Part shown: piece after piece, positions 18,588-26,976 of the stretch | Position numbering within the stretch: position 1 is the stretch's first letter | How the letters are laid out: each line of letters starts with the position of its first letter | NCBI GenBank assembly: GCA_963716725.1 | Contig: CAVQUB010000021.1 | Span: forward strand, 320,001-384,000 | DNA length: 64,000 nt | DNA from: an uncultured delta proteobacterium | GTDB lineage: Bacteria > Myxococcota_A > Polyangia > Polyangiales > Polyangiaceae | Reading direction: 5' to 3' | Notes under the pieces: generated by a model | What the model was told of the DNA's origin: nothing | Databases searched by the model: none | What the model saw: only the letters and a program-made list of their open reading frames with translations | Translations under genes and position numbers: made by a program

Positions 18588-20209
18588 TCGACTCCTCGCT
18601 CCAGCGCCATCGAGCGAAGGCCACCGGACAGGTAGGCAGCGTCACGACCGTGTTGCTCGGCGATGCACGCCGCGAGGTAGCCTCCGCGCCCGGCATCGTC
18701 GACGAAGACGATGCCTTTGTCGACGGGCAGCTCGTGGAGTCGCGCACGCAGCGCAGCGAGCGGGATGGCGGTGGCGCCCGTGAGCGGTGGGCCCCCCCTG
18801 CGCCGAACGTCCACGACCACGACCTCGCCTCGAGCGCGAGCCAGCTCGCTCGGCGCAATCGACCTGATGCCACGCGCCCGGCCCGAAAAGGCCACCGTCG
18901 CGGCGACGTTCACCGGATCGCGGGCCGCAGAGAACGGCGGCGCGTAGGCCAGATCGATATCGGCGAGATCGAAGACCGACAGCCGGCCGAGCAGCGCCGT
19001 GGCCAGGACGTCCACGCGTTTGTCCACTCCTCGGGTGCCCGCGACGTCCGCTCCCAGAAGCCGACCGGTCTTGTCATCGTGCCGAAGCTCGATGCTGATG
19101 GGCGACGAGCCCGGAAACCAGTCGTCATGGCTCTGAGCGTGGACGCGAGTCATCGCGACGCTCTTGGTCACGGCATCGTGGGGCAGGCCGGTGCGGCCGC
19201 AGGCGATGTCACCCGCTCGCACGATGGCGGTCCCGAGCACTGGCGCCATCTTCAGCTTGTCCCCTGCAGCGTTGGCGCCGGCGATCTGCGCGGTCTTGTC
19301 GGCGATGGACGCCTGGGCGATGGCCGCGCGCTTGCCGGTCACGGCGTGCTCGATCCCCGCGCAAACGCCGCAGGCGTACACGCCCGCCAAGCTGGTCCGC
19401 ATGCGTGCATCGACCGCCACACTCCCGTCACTGAGCAGCTTGGCACCCGCGATCTTCAAGAGATCGGTGCGAGGCGTCACCCCCACCGCTACGATCACGA
19501 AATCGACGGCGATGCGCTCGCCGCTCCCGAGCACGAGGGCGCTGACCTCGTCTCCGCTGAACTGCGGCCGAGCGAGCTTCGCGCCCGTCACGATACGAGC
19601 GCCCATCGCGGAGAGTGACTCCGTCGCCAGGGTCGACACGAAGGGGGCAAAATCCCCGAGGATGCGCGAGCTGGACTCGACGACCACGACCTCGGCTTGC
19701 CGACGGAGCAGTCCATCTGCGGCCTCGACGCCGAAGAACCCACCACCGAGGATAGCCACCCGCTTCTTGCCGGCATCCAGGCGTTCGACGATGGCCGTGA
19801 TGTCGCTCAGGGTGCGGAAGCGAAAGACGTTGTTCGCCACGGCCAGCGGCTCGGGCACTCGGGATTCGGCGCCGAGGGCGAACACCAGCGAGTCGTATCC
19901 GAGGGGGGCGCCTCCAACCTCGAGCACGCGTCGCTTGGCGTCGATTGCCGTCACCTCGGTCCCGAGGCGCACGTCGATTCGGTAGACGTCACGAAACATC
20001 TCGGGAGTCTCGCGGCTCAGCGCCGAGAGCGCCGTCACCTCGCCTGACAGGTGGTAGGCCAGCCCCGCCGCAGCCGTGCTGATCTCGTCGGCGCGCTCGA
20101 GAAGCACGATGTTGGCGTGTTCGTCGGTTTCACGGGCACGCGCCGCGGCGGTCGGCCCCGACTGCGCTCCGCCCAAGATCACGATGGTGCGTTGCTTCTT
20201 GTTGGCCAA
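18584..20209 (-). CDS. CoA-disulfide reductase/NADH persulfide reductase-like flavoprotein with C-terminal rhodanese domain (catalytic Cys residues absent)
   Basis: TTG start 20209 with GAGGGAGG RBS; two Rossmann motifs (ILGG, ILGGGFFGVE), GVDKRVDV, LAYAPPFS..RDPVN, rhodanese VVDVR...IPL..LR..L..L. Confidence 0.85.
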   Translation of the reverse strand: MANKKQRTIVILGGAQSGPTAAARARETDEHANIVLLERADEISTAAAGLAYHLSGEVTALSALSRETPEMFRDVYRIDVRLGTEVTAIDAKRRVLEVGGAPLGYDSLVFALGAESRVPEPLAVANNVFRFRTLSDITAIVERLDAGKKRVAILGGGFFGVEAADGLLRRQAEVVVVESSSRILGDFAPFVSTLATESLSAMGARIVTGAKLARPQFSGDEVSALVLGSGERIAVDFVIVAVGVTPRTDLLKIAGAKLLSDGSVAVDARMRTSLAGVYACGVCAGIEHAVTGKRAAIAQASIADKTAQIAGANAAGDKLKMAPVLGTAIVRAGDIACGRTGLPHDAVTKSVAMTRVHAQSHDDWFPGSSPISIELRHDDKTGRLLGADVAGTRGVDKRVDVLATALLGRLSVFDLADIDLAYAPPFSAARDPVNVAATVAFSGRARGIRSIAPSELARARGEVVVVDVRRRGGPPLTGATAIPLAALRARLHELPVDKGIVFVDDAGRGGYLAACIAEQHGRDAAYLSGGLRSMALERGVE

Positions 20210-20349
20210 TGGCTCGCCTCCCTCTTCGAAGCTCGATAGACACCGCTTGCGCGCCGCCGGCAACCCACGCCCTGATCCGCAGGGGTTTCTGGCTCCGGGA
20301 GGGCAACCTCGGGGCTTTCCAGGGAGACCGGAACGTAGTTGGATGAGCC

Positions 20350-20652
20350 GTGCAGTCCGTCCCACTCTGCGTCTGCTTTTCCAAGCCGGGGTTCTTTCTG
20401 AACGACCCGCGGCTCACCGTGCGCTTCGACGGGCACGTCATCTACGAGGGCAGCTTCCTCTCGGGTTTCGAGACCACGTTCCCGGTGGCGCCGGGCACGC
20501 ACTCTCTGGCAGTCAAGCTGACGACCTCGCTCTTCAGCCGGGAAAAGCAGTATTCGATCGCCATCGAGGCCGTGAGCGGCTACCGCGCCCAGCTCGAGTA
20601 CAGTCGCCTCTGGGGCAATTTCAAGAGCGCGCCCCGGCTCACGCGCTGCTGA
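20350..20652 (+). CDS. small hypothetical protein
   Basis: 100-aa ORF with coding-like codons, beta-rich, fills the intergenic gap. Confidence 0.6.
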   Translation: MQSVPLCVCFSKPGFFLNDPRLTVRFDGHVIYEGSFLSGFETTFPVAPGTHSLAVKLTTSLFSREKQYSIAIEAVSGYRAQLEYSRLWGNFKSAPRLTRC

Positions 20653-20660
20653 GCCGCGGG

Positions 20661-21902
20661 TCAGCCTTGGCCGGCGGTTCCGGGTCCTTTGTCGAGCCCG
20701 AAGCCGTCGTGGAGAGCGCGCACCGCCAGCTCCGTGTACTTCGAGTGGATCAGGCAGCTGACCTTGATCTCACTGGTGCTGATGGCCTGGATGTTGATGC
20801 CTTCGGCGGCCAAGAGCCGGAACATCGCAGACGCGATGCCGGCGTGGGAGCGCATGCCGAGCCCGACGATGCTCACCTTGACGATGTCCGGATCGTACTC
20901 GACGGCGGCGCCTCCGAGCTGCCGCGCTTCGGCCTCGATCAAGTCCTTGCAGCGCGTCAGATCCGTCTTGGCGACCGTGAACGTCACGTCAGTCGTGGTC
21001 CCACCTTCGCGAGAGGGGCTCTGGATGATCATGTCGACGGACACGTTGCGGTCGGCGAGCGAGCCGAAAATCGCGGCCACGATGCCAGGGCGATCTGGCA
21101 CATTGATGAGCTGCACCTTGGCTTCGCCTTTGTCGTAAGCGACGCCGGCGACGACGACGGACTCGAGGCCTTCTTCGTTGGTGACCATGGTTCCCAGGTT
21201 GTCGTTGAAGGAGGACCGGACGTGGATCGGGACTCCGTACTTCATAGCCAGCTCGACGGAGCGGATCTGGAGCACCTTTGCACCCAGGGACGCCAGCTCG
21301 AGCATCTCTTCATAGCTGATGCGATCGATCTTGCGGGCTGAAGGGCAGACGTTGGGGTCGGTGGTGTAGACGCCGTCCACGTCCGTGAAGATCTCGCAGA
21401 CGTCCGCCTTGACCGCCGCCGCTACGGCCACCGCCGAGGTGTCCGAGCCACCGCGTCCGAGGGTGGTGATGTTGCCATCGGGATCCACGCCTTGAAAACC
21501 GGCCACCACCGCGATCTCGCCCCGGTCGAGGGTGCTCCGGACCTTGCTGCCTTCGATGGTGTTGATGCGCGCCTTGGTGAAGGCGGCGTCGGTCTGGATG
21601 TTGACCTGATGGCCGAGCAGGCTGCGGGCCTTGCCGCCGAGCGCCTGCACGGTCATCGCCACCAGCGCCGCGCTCACCTGCTCGCCGGTCGCCGCCAGCA
21701 CGTCCATCTCGCGCATCTCGGGCGTGGCGCTGATCTGATGCGCCATGCCGAGCAGGCGGTTGGTCTCTCCGCTCATGGCGCTGACGATCAGCACCACGTC
21801 GTTGCCGGCGCGCTGACAGCGCAGCGCGCGCTCGGCGACGACCTTCATTCGGTCCAGGCTACCCACGGAGGTGCCACCGTATTTCTGGACGACGAGGGCC
21901 AC
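20661..21902 (-). CDS. lysC: aspartate kinase
   Basis: VQKYGGTSV, VSAM, AGFQG, TLGRGGSDTSA, DVDGVYT.DP, two ACT domains, STSEIK. Confidence 0.97.
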   Translation of the reverse strand: MALVVQKYGGTSVGSLDRMKVVAERALRCQRAGNDVVLIVSAMSGETNRLLGMAHQISATPEMREMDVLAATGEQVSAALVAMTVQALGGKARSLLGHQVNIQTDAAFTKARINTIEGSKVRSTLDRGEIAVVAGFQGVDPDGNITTLGRGGSDTSAVAVAAAVKADVCEIFTDVDGVYTTDPNVCPSARKIDRISYEEMLELASLGAKVLQIRSVELAMKYGVPIHVRSSFNDNLGTMVTNEEGLESVVVAGVAYDKGEAKVQLINVPDRPGIVAAIFGSLADRNVSVDMIIQSPSREGGTTTDVTFTVAKTDLTRCKDLIEAEARQLGGAAVEYDPDIVKVSIVGLGMRSHAGIASAMFRLLAAEGINIQAISTSEIKVSCLIHSKYTELAVRALHDGFGLDKGPGTAGQG

Positions 21903-21948
21903 AGCGGCTCAGCGCATAGCCAATGCGCCGCGTCGCGTCAACGCGGGC

Positions 21949-22524
21949 TCAGCCCGGTTCGGAGCTACCCGATGCCTCCAGCTCGGCTTTGGTGTCGATG
22001 TCCTCGACCACGCCGGGATCGTCCACCGCGACGTCCCTGAGCCGACCTCGCAAGAGTTCGCGAATCGACGCCTCGACCGGCGCGGCGGCGAGCTCTCGTG
22101 CCAGCTCGGCGCTGAGCAGAACGGGGTGTCCGCCTCGGCCTTGGTAGACCGGGCGCAGCGCGTCTGTGTCGAGGGCTGCGATCAGGCGTTTCACGGTGTC
22201 GGGGCGGACTCTTGGGTGATCGACCAAAGAGAACAGCACCGCCTCGACGCGCGGCTGGCTCAGCGCGAAGGTCAGCCCGACCTGGAGCGAGCTCAGCATG
22301 CCGCGGTCGGGGTCGGGGTTGTGAACGACCGGCACGTTCCCGAGAGAGGCCGCGATTTCAGCGGCGTGCGGAGGACCGACCACCACGCACAAGGCCTGGC
22401 AGCCGCCCTCACGCAACGCCCGCGTGGCTCGCGCCGCGAAGGTCTCGCCGTCGAGCTGGGCCAGCGCCTTCGGAGGACCGAAGCGCGACGAGCGTCCGGC
22501 GGCGAGGACGATGCCGACGATCAC
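21949..22524 (-). CDS. molybdenum cofactor cytidylyltransferase-like nucleotidyltransferase (MocA/NTP_transf_3)
   Basis: LAAGRSSRFG..K, GMLSSL, LVDHP, GHPV, DIDT. Confidence 0.85.
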   Translation of the reverse strand: MIVGIVLAAGRSSRFGPPKALAQLDGETFAARATRALREGGCQALCVVVGPPHAAEIAASLGNVPVVHNPDPDRGMLSSLQVGLTFALSQPRVEAVLFSLVDHPRVRPDTVKRLIAALDTDALRPVYQGRGGHPVLLSAELARELAAAPVEASIRELLRGRLRDVAVDDPGVVEDIDTKAELEASGSSEPG

Positions 22525-22527
22525 CGC

Positions 22528-22935
22528 TCAGCTCGCGAGCCGAGCGAGATCGCTGAGGCGCCCGTAGCCGTGGCGATACGCCGGTGGGACGGGCGGCAGC
22601 CGTTTGGCGTAGGCCGAGAAGAGCAGCTTCGAGAACGGCGACATCGCGCCAAGCTCCAGCCCAAGGCCACGTCGCGTCTCGCCTGGGCGTCGGCCGTGGA
22701 CGATGCGCGCCACGGTGGCTTCGACGTCGATGTAGTCGCGAATGCCGGGCAGCTGGAAGGAGACGATGACGGGTTCCCCCGTCAACACGACGTCGGCGGG
22801 GCCGACCAAGAGCCCGTCCGGAGAGACGTTCTCGATCAGGTCGGCGACCAGGGTGAAGTCGCGCAGCCGCACGACCTGACAGGGGATCTTGGCGGTGCGC
22901 CGCACCGTCCGCGGTGAAAAGTCGAGGCTTTGCAT
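22528..22935 (-). CDS. PilZ-domain protein
   Basis: RxxxR (RTVRR) and D/NxSxxG (NVSPDG) c-di-GMP motifs; GLGLEL. Confidence 0.75.
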   Translation of the reverse strand: MQSLDFSPRTVRRTAKIPCQVVRLRDFTLVADLIENVSPDGLLVGPADVVLTGEPVIVSFQLPGIRDYIDVEATVARIVHGRRPGETRRGLGLELGAMSPFSKLLFSAYAKRLPPVPPAYRHGYGRLSDLARLAS

Positions 22936-23023
22936 GCGGTGGAGATCGTAGCGGCAGCCCTTGACCGAGGGCCAAGTCTCCGGGGCTCCGCGTGCGCTCG
23001 GCGCATGGCGCGAAGCGCCGCGC

Positions 23024-23215
23024 TCAGATCGGGCAGCTCATGTCGGCGCCGCAGCACAGCGGCGACTTGATCTTGCCGTGATCGTTGGGGCACTTCGAGA
23101 CAGCGACCTTGCCGCCGTCGGCCTTGATGATCGAGTCGTGGACCAGCTCGGCATTGCACTTGGCACAGGTCATGTTCACGCTCATGCCGCACTTTTCGCA
23201 GGTATAGGTCGCCAT
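23024..23215 (-). CDS. small Cys-rich putative metal-binding protein
   Basis: 63 aa, 8 Cys (CxxC, CxxC, CP, CC, C), strongly GC3-biased codons. Confidence 0.8.
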   Translation of the reverse strand: MATYTCEKCGMSVNMTCAKCNAELVHDSIIKADGGKVAVSKCPNDHGKIKSPLCCGADMSCPI

Positions 23216-23426
23216 GGCGCGCATCCTACACGGCTGCGCTGGGTATTCCAGCCCGACGAGATCGCGGCCGGATCATGGCCTGGCCTCGGCTGCGCACGAG
23301 CGACAGTCGGGTGTGTCTAGCTTACGTCGAAGACCCTGGTCAGCCAGCCCGGAGACTTCAGCGGGACGCATGCGCACGATGCGAGCCGCGCAGCACGCGT
23401 CAGGAAGCGATGCGGCGGACGGCCGC

Positions 23427-23891
23427 CTACTTCGCGTCGTAGACCCGGGTCCACCAGCCCTTTGATTCGACTTCGTAGCGGAGGAACACGATCTTTTGCC
23501 CGATGTCGGTGTCCACCAAGGCCACGCGATAGGGCAAGGGGTCGTCGCCCACCCGCACTTCGCGTTCGGTGGATACGCGATGGGTCGTCACGTGTCCGCG
23601 GGCGAAGCCCATCAGGGGGAACATCTTCGCGAGGACCTCGGCGGTCGACGCGGTGGACGGTAGGTCGATGTTGGGCGAGCGTCCGTTGGTCCACAGGTGT
23701 GGGTCGAGCGTCTTGACCTTGCGGCTGATGGCGTCGTCCTGCCCGGCGAGGTCGGCGTCCGCGGTGGCGGTCGCGCCCGGCGCCTCGCTCGGAGCGGCCG
23801 CGGGTGAACTGGCGTTCGCGGGCGGGGCCGGGCGGCTGGGCACCGAGTTGTTGCAGGCGACGAGTGCGAAAGACAGCCACCAAGCTCGCAT
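23427..23891 (-). CDS. hypothetical lipoprotein
   Basis: Lipobox LVAC, Pro/Ala linker, globular C-terminus. Confidence 0.72.
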   Translation of the reverse strand: MRAWWLSFALVACNNSVPSRPAPPANASSPAAAPSEAPGATATADADLAGQDDAISRKVKTLDPHLWTNGRSPNIDLPSTASTAEVLAKMFPLMGFARGHVTTHRVSTEREVRVGDDPLPYRVALVDTDIGQKIVFLRYEVESKGWWTRVYDAK

Positions 23892-23978
23892 GCGAGGGAT
23901 CTTGGCACGCGAGCAGCGCCGTTGGAAGACAGCAGGGCTGGCTGGCAGTCTCGAGTGGATTCGGCCGACGCCGAAGCG

Positions 23979-24810
23979 CTAGTCAGCGCAGCATCGGAAG
24001 CTCACCGCGTCCACCTTGTACGATCGGGGCCACTCGAGCTCACGACCCATGGCGCAACGCGTGCCGTGAGCGTGGTGCTGGAAGCTACCCCCGCGGATGC
24101 GACAAGCGTCGTCCGGGCCGTCGCCCTTGCAGCTGTTGTCCCACTCGGCGGCGTGGCCGCTGAGATCGAACACCTTCGCGTAGGCCGCCACCGGCGAATG
24201 ACACTCGGCAAAGCTGCCGACATCCGCCAGGCCCCAGGTGGTGTAGTCGTCGGCGTCGGCGTCGCGGCAGAGGTTCGTGTCGAAGGTATTGCCGTAGGTG
24301 TACTCGAACTGCCCGCCGGAACTGCAGGCGGCCTGCCACTCGCTGACCTTCGGATCGTCGTAGCTCTCGAAGGCATAGCTGCCGCCGCCTTGCGCGTTGC
24401 CGCACAGCCGCTTGCCCGCAGCCTTGCAGAAAGCCTGGGCGTCGCACCAATCGACGCAGACGACGGGTTGCTCCGAATTCGAACCCGGCTCCCAGGCGCA
24501 GGTCGGGGTGAAGTCGGCGTTGCTCGCGCAGCCGCCGGGCTGCCCCGCCGTCGCAGGGCTCGCTTTCAGCCAAGCCTCGTACTGTCCGCGAGTGACCTCG
24601 GTCTTGTCGATGCAGAAGCCCTCGGGCAATCGCACCATGTCAGGCCCGAGCCCCGAGGCTGCGGCGCCCGGTGGGCAAGCTGCCTTCCCCCGGCGTGGGC
24701 AGCGGGAGCGGGGTCTCTTGGCGGATCTCCGTCGGCGGATGCAGGCGCCTGGCGACCAGAATCGCAGCGAGCGCGCCCACGATGGCGACGGCAACGGTCA
24801 GGCGCTTCAC
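23979..24810 (-). CDS. FGE-sulfatase-domain protein, apparent frameshift at 24687-24691
   Basis: FCIDKTEVT, PVVCVDWCDA, GKRLC, DLSGHAAEW, FRCC; an N-terminal TM segment (GTG 24810, MKRLTVAVAIVGALAAILV) overlaps the upstream stop (GTGA) but is in a different frame, joined at a C5 run. Confidence 0.8.
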
Positions 24811-26396
24811 CAGAACACCGGGGAGGAGTTGCGATAGGGCGCGTCATCGGCCATCGGGAACTTCATCGGGATGTCCTCGGAGGGAATGGCGCCTTCGCTC
24901 TTGTTCAGGATGTTGCCGTGGGCCACGCCGGCGACGTTTCGGAGTTTGTAGTGCTCCTTCTTGGTGCGGTTGATGCGGTTGTTCTCCAACCGGGTACAGG
25001 CCAGCTGGTAGGCCAAGATCAAGCCGTTGTTCAGCGTGTTGTTCGACACGAAGTAACGCATGTTGTGGGCCATGTGAATGCCGGCGTCGTACAGCGTGTT
25101 GCCGGCGATGTAGTTGCCGACCTTGTTGGTGCGGGTGGGGCTTTGGTCCTTCGAGCTGACGTAGCCCAAGATGCCCCAGTACCCGTTCACGGTCGGCATC
25201 GACATGCGGATCTTGTTGTTGATGATGACGTTGTCGGTCTCTTTCCAGATGATGATCGGCCCGTCCACCTGCTTGGGCAGGAGACAGGGCAGCGCGGGGT
25301 CGAACTGCCCCTGGTCGTTCACGCCGCACTGGATCAGGGTGTTCTCCTCCAGCCACACGTTGCGACCAGATGAGGTCACGAAGTCCCCGCCTGCGTTGTC
25401 GTGGAAGTCGTTCTGGTAGATCCACACGTCTTTGTCGCTGCGCCCCGCGCCTTCGATGTCGATGCCGAACTCGGGCGACGTGCCCCCGATGTCGTGGATC
25501 TTGTTCTTCTCGATCACGATATTGTGCCCACCCACGATCGAGACGCCTTGCCGGCGGTTGTGGAAGATCTCGTTGTTACGGATGGTGACGTTGGTGGTGG
25601 CCTTCTCCGCCGTCGTGCCGTTGGCCTTGACTCCCAAGATCAGCACGCCGTCGCCGGTCACCTCGTGCAGCTTCATATTCTCGATCAACACGCGATCGAC
25701 CCCGGTCCACACGCAGATGGCGTGACCCTCGTCGTGGGCGTCGGGCGGGCTGCCGTAGTCGTGTTTGTCGCGATCGCCAATCACTTCTCCGCCGCGGATC
25801 GTGACGTTGCTGTGATCGTTCACGTTGATGACGCAGTAGTTCCAGCGGTCGGTCGGCGCCATCTTGATCACGGTGCCCTGGGAGAGCTCTAGCGTCATGT
25901 CCCCCTGCAGGTCGATGCCACCGGCGTAGGCGTCGTTGGTGGCCTCCCCCACCAGGTAGGTGCCCGGTGGGATCACGATCTTGTCGTAGCCCTTGTCCTT
26001 CGCCCACTTGATGGCGTCGTTCAGCTTCGTGCGCGTCTCGACCGGATCGGTGCCGGTGTTGGAGATTTGCCACTGCTTCAGATCGATCACGTGCTCTTTG
26101 GTGTGAACCGTCGGCAGCGCCGCGGTGGGGCGCTCGCCTGGAGTCCAGGCACACTCAGCGCTGCCCGGGACGGGCACCACCGTGCTGCCGTCGCTCTGGG
26201 CCGCATCGGTGGGTGTGGCGCTATCGCCGGTGATGCCACCGGACCCACTGGCGCCGCCGTCCTTGGGCTTGCTCTGGGCGTCCGAGGACTCGCTGCAGCC
26301 CGCGCCGCCCACCAAAGCTGCCAGCAGCAGACCTGCGAGGCCCAGAACCCACCCGCGCTTGGGGCTGACTCGGCGTATCGCTCTCACTGAACGCAT
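24807..26396 (-). CDS. right-handed parallel beta-helix (pectin-lyase-fold) lipoprotein
   Basis: Lipobox GAGC; IPPGTY, NVTIRGG, GDG, NRRQGVSI, GIDIE and Asn-ladder repeats. Confidence 0.85.
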   Translation of the reverse strand: MRSVRAIRRVSPKRGWVLGLAGLLLAALVGGAGCSESSDAQSKPKDGGASGSGGITGDSATPTDAAQSDGSTVVPVPGSAECAWTPGERPTAALPTVHTKEHVIDLKQWQISNTGTDPVETRTKLNDAIKWAKDKGYDKIVIPPGTYLVGEATNDAYAGGIDLQGDMTLELSQGTVIKMAPTDRWNYCVINVNDHSNVTIRGGEVIGDRDKHDYGSPPDAHDEGHAICVWTGVDRVLIENMKLHEVTGDGVLILGVKANGTTAEKATTNVTIRNNEIFHNRRQGVSIVGGHNIVIEKNKIHDIGGTSPEFGIDIEGAGRSDKDVWIYQNDFHDNAGGDFVTSSGRNVWLEENTLIQCGVNDQGQFDPALPCLLPKQVDGPIIIWKETDNVIINNKIRMSMPTVNGYWGILGYVSSKDQSPTRTNKVGNYIAGNTLYDAGIHMAHNMRYFVSNNTLNNGLILAYQLACTRLENNRINRTKKEHYKLRNVAGVAHGNILNKSEGAIPSEDIPMKFPMADDAPYRNSSPVFW

Positions 26397-26493
26397 CAGG
26401 CCAGCTTGGCAGGCCCCGTCGGCGCGCGTCAAATCCAGGGAGAAGGCGCACAGCTGAACGAAGGAAGGCCGCTCGCCCGGAGACCCCCGTGTT

Positions 26494-26976
26494 ATGAAGC
26501 CCTCAGTGACCGAACCGGGCTTCTGGATGCGCATCGCGACGGATGGCATCGCGGCCTCGAGCGAGGCGGTATTCCCGGAGAACGACCTCGGCGCCCCGGA
26601 TTGGAAATCCACCGAGATGGTGGCCCGCACCCTCGAGTACCTCGACGAGCTGCCGCCAAGACCGCGACGGCTGCTGGTGCTGTTGTTCGTCTTCGTCGAG
26701 CTCGCGGCCGTGGTTCTGCTGCTGCGATTCACCCGATTTTCACGCCTGCCGGTGGTGCGCCGCACGCGCGCTATCCGCGCTTGGCGCCGCTCGCCCTTGC
26801 TCGTGGTGCGCGTGCTCGGCGACTCGCTCAAGGCGACCACCACCATGATGTTCATGTCGCATCCGCTCGTGATCGAGCACCTAGGTGAGTACCGCGCGAA
26901 CGAACGCCCCCTCGACCGCGTGAAGATCACGGCGCGCCCCGAGGCGCTCTCATCTCCGAGAGACGAGGCACCGTGA
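26494..26976 (+). CDS. hypothetical protein, putative partner subunit of the GMC oxidoreductase
   Basis: RFSRLP...R..A...W..S pattern typical of proteins preceding GMC enzymes; GTGA overlap with the GMC gene. Confidence 0.7.
   Translation: MKPSVTEPGFWMRIATDGIAASSEAVFPENDLGAPDWKSTEMVARTLEYLDELPPRPRRLLVLLFVFVELAAVVLLLRFTRFSRLPVVRRTRAIRAWRRSPLLVVRVLGDSLKATTTMMFMSHPLVIEHLGEYRANERPLDRVKITARPEALSSPRDEAP

Noticed and set aside
20240..20335. GC-rich hairpins upstream of the flavoprotein/radical SAM operon as a possible riboswitch
   Set aside because: No recognisable conserved riboswitch motif; short hairpins are expected at this GC content. An Rfam scan would settle it.
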